Part shown: piece after piece, positions 40,972-54,897 of the stretch | Numbering within the stretch: the first letter of the stretch is position 1 | Layout of the letters: each line of letters opens with the position of its first letter | Assembly (NCBI GenBank): GCA_951406725.2 | Contig: OX597840.1 | Span: 3,224,001 to 3,288,000, forward strand | Length of the DNA: 64,000 nt | Origin: Octopus vulgaris | Taxonomy: Eukaryota | Direction: 5' to 3' | Notes under the pieces: model-generated | Told to the model about the DNA's origin: nothing | Database searches by the model: none | What the model saw: the letters and a program-made list of their open reading frames with translations, nothing else | Made by a program: the position numbers and the translations under genes

Positions 40972-41577
40972 CCGTCATCATCATTCTCATCACCAACATC
41001 ACTGTAGTGACGAACATTATCATTACCACCACAGCTATTATTTTACTAATGATAGTTATACGTTAACGCCACGAAAGCAAGGTTTTTTTTCTAAAAAATA
41101 TCTAACACTAATGATCACGTTCAGAGATATTTAGAAAAGTATACACTCGCTCACATCTATACACATATATAAATTCACATATACATAAACCGACACGGTA
41201 GGCTTAAAAACATGTCGATTTTACTTAATCCCCTATAGAATGAAAGAAAAAAGAAAGACAGAATGAATAGCTTTAACCAATGCTCGACCTTTTTTAAGGT
41301 CTCATTAGTTGTGTCTACATCACTTGACAAATACCATAGAAATGCGTAGCCATTTTGTTTATATACACATCAGATCTATTAGCTGCTCAGAAATGGAGCT
41401 ACTAATTTGCATACCATTAATGCTTAACTGATCATTTCCTATCGGTGGCTTGTCAACGGGGATCTCAGTCCACGTGGTATCACGGTAGGATATAATGTAT
41501 GTGAGCCTACATAGTAGACAAACAGATGTGCGTGTGGATGTATGTATGTATGTATGTATGACACACAAATGTAGAAG

Positions 41578-41627
<50 letters not shown>

Positions 41628-41725
41628 TATAAATATAGATATCTATTTTTTATCTATATATTCACCTATATATAGATGAGTATGTTTCAGCGTGTATGTG
41701 TAAGTATATACATATATATATGTAT

Positions 41726-41786
<61 letters not shown>

Positions 41787-41787
<1 letters not shown>

Positions 41788-42040
41788 AGTAGCTTGCTTA
41801 CCAACCACATGGTTCCGGGTTCAGTCCCACTGCGTGGCACCTTGGGCAAGTGTCTTCTGCTATAGCCTCGGGCCGACCAATGCCTTGTGAGTGGATTTGG
41901 TAGACGGAAACTGAATGAAGACCAATAGAATAAGTACTGGGCTTACAAAGAATAAGTCCCGGGGTCGATTTGCTCGACTAAAGGCGGTGCTCCAGTATGG
42001 CCGCAGTCAAATGACTGAAACAAGTAAAAGAGTAAAAGAG
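41787..42040 (+). mobile_element. SINE family A with internal deletion
   Basis: Head joins tail at 'gaaactgaa-tgaagaccaatagaataag', lacking the central microsatellite. Confidence 0.88.
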
Positions 42041-42778
42041 TATATATATATATATATAATAATAATATTAGGGAATAAATCCAAACTTACAGGGAAAAAT
42101 TAGATTTAGGATTAAATCTAATTTTATAGTATATATTATATTATATTATATTAAATTAGAGATAAAACAACTATTAGGCAAATCAAACAGTGAAAAACAT
42201 AAGCCAATACATAAAATTAATTTTAAAATATAAAAGTTAAAATTTTAAAAATTATTTAAATAATTTAAACATATAAATTTTAAATATATATATACAAATA
42301 TATATATGTATATATGTATGTATATATATATATGTATACATGTATATATCTATATATATATATACACACACAAATACACACACATATAGCTGTACATATA
42401 TACATATAGGCATATTTACATTTCCATCTTCCAAATCCACTCACACGACTTTATAGAAGACACGCATTCAAGGTGACAGGCAGTGAGATTGAACATGGAA
42501 CCATGTGGTTGAGAAGTAAAATTCTTATAACACAGTCACACCATATATGCCACGTTATCGACCAGACTATTGGATGTTGTTATACATCGCTGATCACAAT
42601 GCGTTTCGCAGGCCAACATTCGCCTTGATCTCGTTTACAGCTGAATAAAGTGAAACAATGTAAAATTAAGTGTTTTTTCCTGAAAACAACGCTTCAACTT
42701 GTCTGCGATTCGAACCCATTATATAGCGATCGTGAGTGCGATGCCCTAACCAACAGACTACATGCATATGTGTGTCTT

Positions 42779-42857
<79 letters not shown>

Positions 42858-42866
42858 GTAGGTAGG

Positions 42867-42937
<71 letters not shown>

Positions 42938-43070
42938 CTTTTTATTGTGGTCACACAGGGCTAAACACAGAATAAAAATGGACGAAATACAATGTAGAGT
43001 TTTTTCTTTTCGAGGTGGGATGGGTGGGACACAAAGAAGAAAAAAACGTTCGATCAATAGGGATCTGTGG
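42938..43070 (-). mobile_element. Diverged 3' end of Tx1-like LINE adjacent to (GATA)n
   Basis: 'tttattgtggtcacacagggct...acaatgtagagttttttcttttc...tcgatcaatagggatc' resembles 63075-63275. Confidence 0.7.
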
Positions 43071-43090
43071 GTTGTGTGGTGTATAAAAAT

Positions 43091-43254
<164 letters not shown>

Positions 43255-43326
43255 GTGATAGATAGATAGATAAGTGCAAACACATGCACATATACAGATA
43301 CGAATTTATATTAGTATTGTTGTGGC

Positions 43327-43392
<66 letters not shown>

Positions 43393-43881
43393 CATCATTA
43401 TTTTCATCATCATCATCATCATCATCGTAACGAATATTACGTGAATGCAGTCGATGCTTGTGGTGCATGAGTGTGAAAGAAGTAACAAAATAATTGAAGT
43501 GTGATGAAATTGCAACGTGATAAAAAAAAAAACAACCCTCAAAAACAACAAATACAGGTAAAAAAACAAAAACAGAAAAAGCAAAATGTTGAGGAAACCA
43601 TACCATGCCAGCCTGACAACATTAAAATGTGAGGCTATTAAAATATATCACAGCCAGCCTCAATCCACAACCTACGCAAAATATTTTGCTCTTATATCCC
43701 GAAACGAAATCTGTACACACCCTGCTCAAAACCTGTATGACATAGAGAAAACCTTTATTCATATAAGTAGAACTCACACAACGCATTTCTCTCTCGATCT
43801 TTCTTTCCCTCACACTTTCTGTCGCTCTCCATTTCTTTCTCTGTCTCTATCTATCTCACGCCATATGTATATATATATATA

Positions 43882-44108
43882 TACTCTTTTACTCTTTTAC
43901 TTGTTTCAGTCATTTGACTGCGGCCATGCTGGAGCACCGCCTTTTTTAATCGAGCAACTCGACCCTGGGACTTATTCTTTTGTAAGCCCAGTACTTATTC
44001 TATCGGTCTCTTTTGCCGAACCGCTAAGTAACGGGGGCATATACACACCAGCATCGGTTATCAAGCAATGCTAGGGAGACAAACACAGACACACAAACAC
44101 ACCCACGC

Positions 44109-44139
<31 letters not shown>

Positions 44140-44292
44140 CGACGGGCTTCTTTCACTTTCCGTCTACCAAATCCACTCACAAGGCTTTGGACGGCCCGAG
44201 GCTATAGTGGAAGACACTTGCCCAAGGTGCCACGCAGTGGGACTGAACCCGGAACCATGTGGTTGGTAAACAAGCTACTTACCACACAGTCA
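43882..44292 (-). mobile_element. SINE family A, near full length
   Basis: Near-identical to 24982-25403. Confidence 0.92.
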
Positions 44293-44309
44293 CTCAAAGT
44301 TTACGAAAA

Positions 44310-44470
44310 ATAAACTAAAGATGAAGGCAGGTGGTGTACAAACAAACAAATGTATCAGTATGGCGCTCAGGAATAGAAAAAGTCTTTTACGTTTCGAGTC
44401 TACGCTCTTCTACAGAAAGATACACAGAAAAAAACAAGGAGAGAAAAAATGTGTGTAGTAGCTAACGATC
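44310..44470 (-). mobile_element. Family-E-related short element with degenerate hammerhead-like motif
   Basis: Minus 44420-44383: tcttt-CTGTAGA-a-gagcgtagactc-GAAA-cg-TA-aaaga, followed by 'ttcctgagcg' as in family E. Confidence 0.6.
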
Positions 44471-44653
44471 TATAGGAAATAAATGTAAAAAAATATAAAT
44501 ATATAAGAAAAATACGAAAAAAAAGTGAAAACGAAAGGGACAGTTTTACAAAAAGTTCAAAAGTTTGTCGACGCCGTGGTGTATTCCAAGGATTTCACAT
44601 CAATAAAAAAGTCACTTTGATCCGTGTATGAGAGGTGCAGCCAGAGGGTAGTA

Positions 44654-44791
<138 letters not shown>

Positions 44792-44909
44792 TAAATATAT
44801 TTGTAAAAAAGAAGTTTGAAAACGCCACTATATTAGATAAATTTTAATTTTCTTATGAATTTTACATGTTTCGGTTCTTGAAAAACGAACCTTATCAAAA
44901 TTATTATAA

Positions 44910-44945
<36 letters not shown>

Positions 44946-45249
44946 CTTTTAAGTTCCACAAAGATCAGAACTTAACTGCAGCACTTGGTGGTTCAAATCG
45001 GATATGCACTCTATGTGGGTGTCATTTCAAAGCTAAGCCCAGTTTCACCCGGTCGGTTTGGATGATGTGACTTAAAACCTGCTCTGTATAAGCATTCGAC
45101 TTGTTTCAGCACGCTTATGTTAAAAAACAATTTTAGAATGACTTTTTTCTGTTAAGACGCTAAACATAACTAACCAACAACAAACGAAAAAACAAGATTC
45201 AACCAAATTAAAACATCGCTTTGTCTTCTTTGTTATTTTGTATCTCAAA

Positions 45250-45500
45250 GCGGCGAGCTGGCAGAAACGTTAGCATGCCAGGCGAAATGCCTTGTCGTAT
45301 TTCGTCTGCCGTTAGGTTCTGATTTCAAATTCCGCCGAGGTCGACTTTGCCTTTCATAATTTCCGGGTCGATAAATTAAGTACCAGTTACGCACTAGGGT
45401 CGATATAATCGACTTAAGCCCTTTGTCTGTCTTTGTTTGTCCCCTCTATTTTTAGCCCCTTGTGGGTAATAAAATATAGGTATTTCGTATGTCTTTACGT
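45250..45500 (+). mobile_element. SINE family B
   Basis: 'gcggcgagctggcagaaacgttagc...gaggtcgactttgcctttcat'. Confidence 0.9.
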
Positions 45501-45509
45501 TATGTGTTC

Positions 45510-45666
45510 CATAACGATGTTCCATGTACTTCTCAAGATTTTTACTCACTGTTCTCAGGGCTCCGACATTTATTGGTACTACAACCACCATTTTCATCGA
45601 CCACAACTGCTTAACCTCCCAAGCTAACCTGTCATAACTATCGACTTTTCTTTCTTCCTTATCGCC

Positions 45667-45668
<2 letters not shown>
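45510..45668 (-). mobile_element. RLE-domain fragment of R4-like LINE
   Basis: DKEERKVDSYDRLAWEVKQLWSMKMVVVVPINVGALRTVSKNLEKYME fits the K..KY..L...W...VVP..VGALG pattern. Confidence 0.85.
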
Positions 45669-45719
<51 letters not shown>

Positions 45720-45760
45720 CATCATCATCATCATCATTATTATTATTATTAATATTATCA

Positions 45761-45797
<37 letters not shown>

Positions 45798-46009
45798 GTG
45801 AGAGATCAGTGCATGCCATCAAAGTGACACGGGGTTAATATATATGAAGCTCAGAATACCTACCATGACTACCTATCTGATAATGGTACTCCAGACACAT
45901 ACATCACAACAACATGGTCGACTTTGCCTTTCATCCTTTCGGGGTTGATAAACTAAGTACCGGTTGCCCCAAAATTTCAGGCCTTGTTCCTAGAGTAGAA
46001 AAGATTATT

Positions 46010-46593
46010 ATTATATCTGGTTTATAGTTTGAATTGAAAAATCCCATAACATCTTTCATTTCTCCGACTGAAGCACTCTTTCAACCCGATTATCATGCCA
46101 AGTACTTCCATCTTCCAAAACCTCATTTCAGAGAAATCTCGGTCATGCTTTCATTTCTTATACTCTCCCTGAGCTAACTGGAGTATTCTGCAACAATTGC
46201 TGACACCGTCTCTCCGTACACATATTTATTCAAGTTTTTAACTCTTGGTCTTGAACTTCTATAATGTTCTATGTTGCTTCTGTTTTCAATTGCTCGTTTT
46301 TCAATCAAGCCCAGCTTTCTCTTCCACACACATATCTTCAGTGGCATTCCAGAACTGAGCATCGCAAGGGCTTCTCCACAACCTGTTTATCATGCTGTCT
46401 TTGAATTTCTTTCTATTCTTTGAATTTCCTTTCCACTGCTCCCCTATTCCACAGTTCTCCTAATCCACATTTGATCACGTGTTCTTTTATTCTCTGCCTT
46501 TAGTATGTTCTTTGTGCTGTTCTGTAAATATTCCTGTAGATTTTTCCGTTCCATCTCTACAATAATTTTCACGGCAATTAAGCTTCTTCCACC

Positions 46594-46594
<1 letters not shown>
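46010..46594 (-). mobile_element. Degenerate R4-like LINE fragment (post-RT region to RLE)
   Basis: Across frameshifts: GGRSLIAVKIIVEMERKNLQEYLQNS / SWA*LKNEQLKTE..VQDQEL / ETVSAIVAE / LAQGEYKK*KHD / MLWDFSIQT. Confidence 0.8.
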
Positions 46595-46633
<39 letters not shown>

Positions 46634-46636
46634 GTT

Positions 46637-46690
<54 letters not shown>

Positions 46691-46724
46691 GTTGTCGTCG
46701 TCATCGTCGTCATCATTATCATCA

Positions 46725-46761
<37 letters not shown>

Positions 46762-46773
46762 CATTATTATCAA

Positions 46774-46957
46774 GCAGGCAGAGTCGTTAGCACGCTGGGC
46801 AAAATGATAAGCGACAATTCGTCCGTCCTTACATTCTGAGTTTAAATTCCGCGAAGGTCCTTTCGGAGTCGATAAATTAAGTACTAGTGAAACACTGGGG
46901 TCGATGCAATCGACTAGTCCCCCTGCCCCGAATTTCAGGTCTTGTGCCTTTAGTAGA
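46774..46957 (+). mobile_element. SINE family B, diverged
   Basis: 'ggcagagtcgttagcacgctgggc...gtcgataaattaagtac'. Confidence 0.85.
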
Positions 46958-46958
46958 A

Positions 46959-47492
46959 CTTCCTGAGAATGTTGACGGTTGATATCAACACAATCTTTTG
47001 TGTCTCATAGATAGCTGGTTTCTCTGGGATCTGATCAAAATATTTGTTAATAACTTTCTTGATCATTCCCAGGGTACCGACAAGAACGGGGCATGCTTTT
47101 GGATTTTAATTGCCACGTCCTAGATATCTCAATCTCAAAGCCGTTATATATCACCAGTTTTTCAACTTGTTTTGCTGAGATGTTTCTATCAGTAGGCATT
47201 GTCATATCAATGAACAAGCATGCTTTTCGTCTTCAGTCTTTGATGATAATGTCTGGTCTTTTATCATTTAGTTGCCTGTCTGATGTATCATAACGCCAGA
47301 GGATGGTAACATGCTCTCCATCAGAGACTGGCTCGGGGTGGTCTTCATACCAGTTCTTAGGGTGCAGATATCATAGTGACCGCATACGCTCCTGTGCAAT
47401 CTTTGGCCAACTCGGTCAAGTCTGGTTTTATATTCTGTAGGAGCAAGGACAGAACAACCAGCAACAATGTGGTTAGAATTCACAAGTTGACT
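46959..47492 (-). mobile_element. R4-like LINE fragment (zinc-knuckle end, PD..D endonuclease, C-terminus)
   Basis: HIVAGCSVLAPTEYKTRLDRVG / KRPDIIIKD*RRKACLFIDMTMPTDRNISAK..EK...EISRTWQL...PVLVGTLGMI...ETQKIVLISTVNILRK. Confidence 0.9.
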
Positions 47493-48506
47493 ACCTGTAA
47501 AACAACGATGGAATTAAAATGTGAAGAAAATTTGATGTATACCTGTATTCGACTTATTTCAATCTCTTTACTCTATTCTATACACACATACCTGTATCTA
47601 TATATATATATATATAAATATATATATAAAAACACGCATACATATGCATATGTATATGTTGGTAAATGGATATATGATATATAGATACATACTTACATAT
47701 ATTCATACATACATATATATATACATGCATACATACATACATACATTGGTAGATAGGTGAATAGCTGGATAGAGGGAATGATACATACATATACAGGCAG
47801 GAGAGACAGATATATACAGAAATAGATATACATACTTAAATACGCACATGCATTTACATGTTTATGTGTATGTATACCTGTGTGTATCTGTCTGTGTATA
47901 CGTGCCTTGTGCGTGTGTGTGTATGTGTATAGAGATCAGGCATGTTAATCGCCGACTGACCAAGAGCTTGTAAACATGTAAACAGTACGAAAGCTGCACA
48001 AATCAAATCAACTCAAGAGAGTTCCAGGCCCAAAACAATGACCGACAAACAATGTATATACAATGAGAAGGAGAGAAGGAAAAAAAATCACCGTATCATT
48101 CGACCGAAAGCTGCAAAGTTAAAAGTGAAATCCGTACTGTGAATTGTGGAGCATAAAATGAACGGAAAGCGAAGCGTGCAAAATTGTTGTATAGCGAGAA
48201 AAGAATAAACCTGAATTTGGTAACGATCAACACAGAGAGCCCACAATACGCCATTTTGAAAACAAAAAAATTATGTGTAATAAATATATAAATATATAGA
48301 GAGGAGAATATCATAAGTGGAGTGTAGTGAGAAATTTCCATATTTCATACATATTTTACGGATGTATTTCATCCATTTACTGTACGATTCGTATAAAATA
48401 TCAGAAGAGGGAGAAAAATAACCCCGATGCAGAACGTAGTAAGTTTGGATTGCTGTAGAGTAGCTAATTTAAGAGGGTACCTATTTAGAAATGAAGAAGT
48501 AATGCA

Positions 48507-48585
<79 letters not shown>

Positions 48586-48598
48586 ATATATATATATA

Positions 48599-48645
<47 letters not shown>

Positions 48646-48795
48646 CTATCAATCTAGATAGATAGATAGAGAGATAATATATATATATATATACACATAT
48701 ATATTTCATATATGTTTCATATTTAATGTGTATATACCCTCGATAGGCCAGCTGCTGCAGTATTTGTTCTGATATATATATATATATGTGTGTAT

Positions 48796-48828
<33 letters not shown>

Positions 48829-49018
48829 TATACATATATATATACGCACACACACACACATATATATACATATATATTTATATATGTTTATATATATATA
48901 TGTATATATGTATATATCTATCTATATATATATATCATATATACATGCATGCATTTATTTGCTTATATATGTTTATATGCATATGTACGTATATATGTAC
49001 ATGCATATATATTTATAC

Positions 49019-49073
<55 letters not shown>

Positions 49074-49737
49074 TATGTGTGTAAACGAGATATAGGAATA
49101 GAAGAAGAGTTTAAACAAAGAATATATAATGAAAGTGCAATAAATAACTGTAAATAACAATGAATAAAATATAGTAAAATAGAGACAGAGAGAGAGAGGA
49201 GGAGAGAAAGGAGGAGGAGAGAAAGGAGGAGGAGAGAGAGAGTGGGAAACCCAAAATGGAAGGTACAAAAACGAAGAACGGTAAATCTATACACAGTGAG
49301 AATATAAATCATGAAGACAGACCGAATATAACAAAAGATACAAAGACAAGGAATAATAGAAAGCAATAATCAAAGAATCCGGCATACCTACAGAATATTG
49401 ACCAATAAAAGCCGAAATACAAACTACGCGAAAACGAAACGAATATATGAACGCAATTGAATAATGCTGCCGGGAGACAAAGCGAAAATATATATAAAGT
49501 GTAGAAAGTTGTGAAGCCGAATGAATAAATATGAATATGAAAATATTGTAAAAAGCGGAACTAAAGAAAAGATCTTTGAATCCTTAAAAGATAGACAGAT
49601 ACTATAGAAATGTTAAAATATACGATGAAGAACTAAGTGAATTGAAGGAGCAACTAAAACAAGAGAGACGTGTGATGTGTGTACTTGTGTGTGTGTGTAT
49701 GTGTGTGTGTATGTGTGCATACATACAAACACAGAAT

Positions 49738-49768
<31 letters not shown>

Positions 49769-50098
49769 TAAGAGAGATGGGATTCTCACTAAATCACCAA
49801 CATAAATAATGTATTGATATGAAAGGCGACAATTCCGCTTTATGTTAAAAGAAACACAGATCGTTTGCCGACCATCCAAAACAGTTCTACCAAGAATTTG
49901 GCAAAAGAAATACACACACACACATATACACGTAGGTCTCTCTCTCTCTCTCTCTAACTCTCTCTGTATATTTATATATATATTGTACAAAGCGGAACTA
50001 AAGAAAAGATCTTTGAATCCTTAAAAGATAGACAAATACTATAGAAGTGTTAAAATATACGATGAAGAACTTAGTGAAATGAATATATATATATAAAC

Positions 50099-50156
<58 letters not shown>

Positions 50157-51735
50157 AGATATATACATACATACATACATATATATATATATAAACGTTG
50201 TACGGGTGATTGCGGTGGTGAAAGAAAGTAATGCAAATATCAACATCGAATGAATTTCAAGAAATTTGGGGAGACAGAGAGAGATTTAAACTGAGTGCGT
50301 TTCATCACCATCAGCGCTGGTGTTCATCCAATAGTAATTGATCTACCTTCGTGATCGCCAGTGCAGCGAGAAAAAACGAAACAGTGAAGTAACTCTGAAC
50401 GCAAAGAGCCGGAGAAAGAACTACCAGGCATTTTGTTCTTCGCACTATTGATTCTTCTTATTCCCGAAAGCTAGGTATGGTAAAACAACACGAAATATTC
50501 TCAAATATGAATTTTTCAGTGGTAGATCTAATACAAAAAGACACAAATCTAATCGGTAGGGTTTCGGTCCCAGGATTGTTAGCGCGTGCATTCGATACAC
50601 AGGCTGGATAGTGCATTGTATTGATGAGCAAAACACTTCCTTTCATCTGTTCAAGGCCACTGAGTTGGCCCTAACCCTAACCCAGTAAAGGGAGCACTTG
50701 GTACACACAAAATCCATAATAAAATTCATGTGTATTTTCCTTCCTTCTAACATTATATTTTGTGTGTATGCGCATGCGCGCGTCCTTTTCTGCCTGCGCG
50801 CGTGCCTAATATATAAATATATATATATACATATATACATATATATGCATACATGCATGTATACGCATGCATATATATGTATACACATATATGCCTATAG
50901 ATATATATACTTATATCCTCATATAAATATGTATATATAGGTATGTATGTATATATATGTGTGTGTGTGTGTGTGTATGTGTGTGCGTGTGTGTGCGCGT
51001 GGGTGTGTGTGTATGTATGTATATATTTGTGTGTATATATATATATGTGTGTATATATATATGCATGTATATTGTTTAAAACAGTTTGATTCGGTTCTCT
51101 GCTACTTCAAGTTTCGCAGGCTCCAGATACGAGTCCGACTCCTCCTGGCTTCCTGCACATTTGTGTTCATGTATGTATGTATGTATGTGTGTATGTATGT
51201 ATGTATGTATGTATGTACGTATGCCTTTATTTTTGTTACTCATCACAGCTTGACAACCGATGTTGGTTCATTTAAATCCTCATAAATTAGCAGTTCAGCG
51301 AAAAAGACAGACAGAACTAATTATCAGACTTAAAATCTAAGTACGGATATCGATTTTCTCGACTAAAACCCTGCAAGGAAATGCCCCAGCATGGCCGCAA
51401 TCCAATGACTGAATCAAGTAAAAGATCAAATTGCGATGAATCATTAATTAGCTACAACACGAGTGATTACTTCTTTCTTTTCTTCCGTGTTTTCCTTTAT
51501 TTTATTTTTATATTTTTTGTAGCTTTTCCTCGTTTTGGTATTTTTCCCTTTTTTACAGAACAATTACTCGTAGGCGCATCATTAGAGGTGATTTCCCTCT
51601 AATCAGCACAATGTATGTCTGAACTTGAAACATCAATTAATTCCTCATTGTTAATAATTTAACGACAGGCAGGCCACTGCTGATTGCTATTTACTGAAAA
51701 AGAAGTTCGGCAACGTTCAACGATCCGAATATAAA

Positions 51736-51790
<55 letters not shown>

Positions 51791-51847
51791 TTCATCATCA
51801 TCACCATCATCATCACCTTCATCATCATCATCATCGTTATCATCACC

Positions 51848-51901
<54 letters not shown>

Positions 51902-51976
51902 TTCATCATCATTATCATCATCATCATCATCATCATTATTATTATTATTATTATTATTGTTATTATTATTATTATT

Positions 51977-52208
51977 CTATGTTTGACTTTTGCTTTACTT
52001 TTGCACAAGCTGGCTCCAAGTCTCACCCAGAGAACCCAAGAGACAACAGGCTGGAAGTTCATGTTGTTGTTATGCCTAGTGTGCCATATATTTGGTTTTG
52101 TATTTAGTGTTGTACTAGTGAATGCCTAAAAACCATACGAAAATTATGTTTGTCTTAAAACTTGAGATTACATAGAAAGTATTTTGCGTAGGATATTAGC
52201 AGTTCCCA

Positions 52209-52209
<1 letters not shown>
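51977..52209 (-). mobile_element. 3' end of another R4-like LINE, flanked by (TAA)n on both sides
   Basis: Minus strand MGTANILRKILSM* followed by a ~190-nt 3' UTR. Confidence 0.8.
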
Positions 52210-52267
<58 letters not shown>

Positions 52268-52268
<1 letters not shown>

Positions 52269-52418
52269 GGCTGCGAGCTGGCAGAATCGTGTAGCACGCC
52301 GGGAGAAATGCTTAGCGGCATTTCGTCCGTCTTTACCTTCTGAGTTCAAATTCTTTCGAAGTCGACTTTCATCTGTTTGAAGCTCGATAAAATAAGTACC
52401 TGTTGGATACTGGGGTCG
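52268..52418 (+). mobile_element. SINE family B
   Basis: 'ggctgcgagctggcagaatcgtgtagcacgccggg...tcgataaaataagtacc'. Confidence 0.85.
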
Positions 52419-52479
52419 GGGGAGGACATTCAGAAACAGCAACTGGAATTGTGAGGCTTGAAGAATTGAATTCTTCAAA

Positions 52480-52750
52480 GCGCGCACAAAACAACATTGC
52501 AACGCTTCCTCACCCGCCTTATTTGCCAGATTTAGCACCAGCGGATTTCCATTTCTTCGTTAAAATGAAAATGCTGCTCAAATGTGGCCTTTGTAATACC
52601 TCTGTCGAGATAGAAAGAGAATCGCAGAAAGTCCTCGACTCGCTTACGGAAAACGACTTCCAGGCCGATTTCCAAAATTGGCAGGAAAACTAGGGCCGGT
52701 GTATTGCTGTACAAGGTGACTATTTCGAATGGAATGTTGTTCAAACGTAG
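52480..52750 (+). pseudogene. Mariner transposase C-terminal fragment
   Basis: LPHPPYLPDLAPADFHFF.KMK..L...FQNWQEN*GRCIAVQGDYFE (YSPDLAP-type motif) with an internal stop. Confidence 0.92.
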
Positions 52751-52873
52751 GTAAATAAGTTATTTTTTTTATTAAACATTATTCGTACGATAACGTTTGA
52801 TAAATGTACACAACTAGCGTACATATACACAACTAGTATATACACACACTACTTGTTCATATATATATATATA

Positions 52874-53140
52874 AGGTTAATCCAAACGGGAAAACAGAAA
52901 AGACAACAACACGTGGAACAATTAAAGTATTATTATTAGGCGCATATATATATATGACCGCGTGTGTACCGTTGGCGATTTTTTTCCTCCGTCTTCCCTT
53001 CTTTGGATCTTTCCTTTTCCTATGTTTCTGATGAAGAGCTCCGCTCGAAACGTTAGACCCTCCTTCTTTCCTTCTTTCCTGAGCGTCCAGTAATACTATA
53101 CTTGTTCCACGTCCTCATGTGTTTTCATGTTTGGATTAAC
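52874..53140 (+). mobile_element. Family E copy (52957-53140) with canonical hammerhead core, preceded by an inverted partial copy (52874-52943)
   Basis: gttt-CTGATGA-a-gagctccgctc-GAAA-cg-TT-agac at 53024-53058; 'gttaatccaaac...acgtggaaca' is the reverse complement of the element 3' end. Confidence 0.8.
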
Positions 53141-53201
53141 TTTATATATATATATATATATACATACTATTAGTGTATATAGTAGGTATAAAAATCAGTT
53201 C

Positions 53202-53764
53202 GTTTGTTCCTTCTCGAGCCACGCCTGGCTCATAAGGGCCGGTTTCCCGGTTTCCTGGCGTATAGGTTCATCACCTGGACAGGACGCCGGTCCGTCGCAG
53301 GTGAGCTGCAAGATGCAGGAGGAAAGAGTGAGAGAAAGTTGTAGCGAAAGAGTCAGCAGAAGTTCGCCATTATCTTCTGCCGGAGCCGCGTGGACCTTAA
53401 GTATTTCGCTCATAAACACACACATCGCCCGATCTGAGATTCGAGCACGCAATCCTCGACCTTGTTTGTTCCTTCTCGATCCACGCCTGGCTCATAAGGG
53501 CCGGTTTCTCTGTTTCCTTGGCGTTTTAGGTTCCCCACCTAGACAGTACACCGGTCCGTCGCAGATGAGCTGCAAGATGCAGGAGGAAAGAGTGAGAGAA
53601 AGTTGTGGTGAAAGAGTCAGCAGAAGTCAGCCATTACCTTCTGCCGGAGCCGCGTGGAGCTTAGGTGCTTCGCTCATAAACACACACAACGCCCGGTCTG
53701 AGATTCGAAACCGCGATCCCCACGACCGCGAGTCCGCTGCTCTAACCACTAGGCCATGAGACTC
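53202..53764 (-). mobile_element. Tandem pair of SINE family C
   Basis: Units 53202-53460 and 53464-53764, both reverse complements of 15866-16137. Confidence 0.92.
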
Positions 53765-54579
53765 CACATAAAAACTGAGTAGAAGTATATTATTACAAAC
53801 ACTCGTATTTTATCTTTAAGTTGATATTTAACTTTAACGCGGAATCCTGAACAGCGTTGATTTGGCAGTTGTCCGCCGTACGCTGCTGCAGCCTCTTCTA
53901 CCGTTGCTGTCTTTGTTTTTGCTGTTGTTCTTGTTGTCGAAGTTGTTGTCATTGTAAATATCAAGGATGAATAGTTCCGTGCAAACAATGAGATTATCAG
54001 TGTAATATCCGCACTCGTTCTTATTCTCATATCCGTGTTATCACTTACAGTCACAAATTACAGGAACAGCATATCACTGCGTTTCACTTCAATACACTGC
54101 AATACTTGCCTACAAACCTACCTACCAGCCAGACCACCATCCTGACGGATCGCCTAACAGCCAGCTCACCTGATTGTCTATCTACCCACATAGCAGTTCA
54201 CCTTTATTATCTAATACAACGCGACATTTTCTTGACTAATCTTACACTATTGTTACTGTTGATTCAGTCTTCTTCTTCTTCTTCCGATCAGGACTCACGC
54301 CATTAGCTACAAAGAATAATCTCTAATTCGAGCCTACTATAAGCTACTAAAAATTCGCGTGGCAACTTGAAGATCCACCCACCACATGCGATAGACTGTG
54401 GCGGTTGCACGGGCGCGAAAGCTACGTTGTTATCCTCATTCCGTAAACGGTGGCTTTTAACGGGTGGAGAGCTGAACCATCCTGGGGTACAGAGGATTCG
54501 CAATCTAGTCTAGGGTCTGAAAGTTTACCACACTATAGTTGGCTACACTATGGTTCCTCTGCTTTGTGGCAGAAGTAGG

Positions 54580-54762
54580 AAGAAAGAGTGAGAGAAAGTT
54601 GTGGTGAAAGAGTACAGCAGGGTTCACAACCCCACCGCCGAATTCTCTTGGAGCTCAGGTATATTTGTTCAATAAACATTCACAATGCCCGGTCTGGGAA
54701 TCGAAACTGCGTTCTTATTATCGCGAGTCCTCTGCCCTAACCACTGGGTCATTGCGCCTCCA
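54580..54762 (-). mobile_element. SINE related to family C
   Basis: Shares 'gaaagagtgagagaaagttgtggtgaaagagt' and a tRNA-like head. Confidence 0.7.
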
Positions 54763-54810
54763 CTTGCTGATGCTGTTGCTACTACGACTACTACAACTAC
54801 GATTATATCA

Positions 54811-54897
<87 letters not shown>

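Noticed and set aside
43646-43658. 13-nt match to the 5' end of miR-2 (tatcacagccagc)
   Set aside because: The 3' part diverges and the upstream sequence cannot pair with the seed region, so no pre-miRNA hairpin forms.
50669-50683. ccctaaccctaaccc telomere-like repeat
   Set aside because: Only about 2.5 units; expected by chance.
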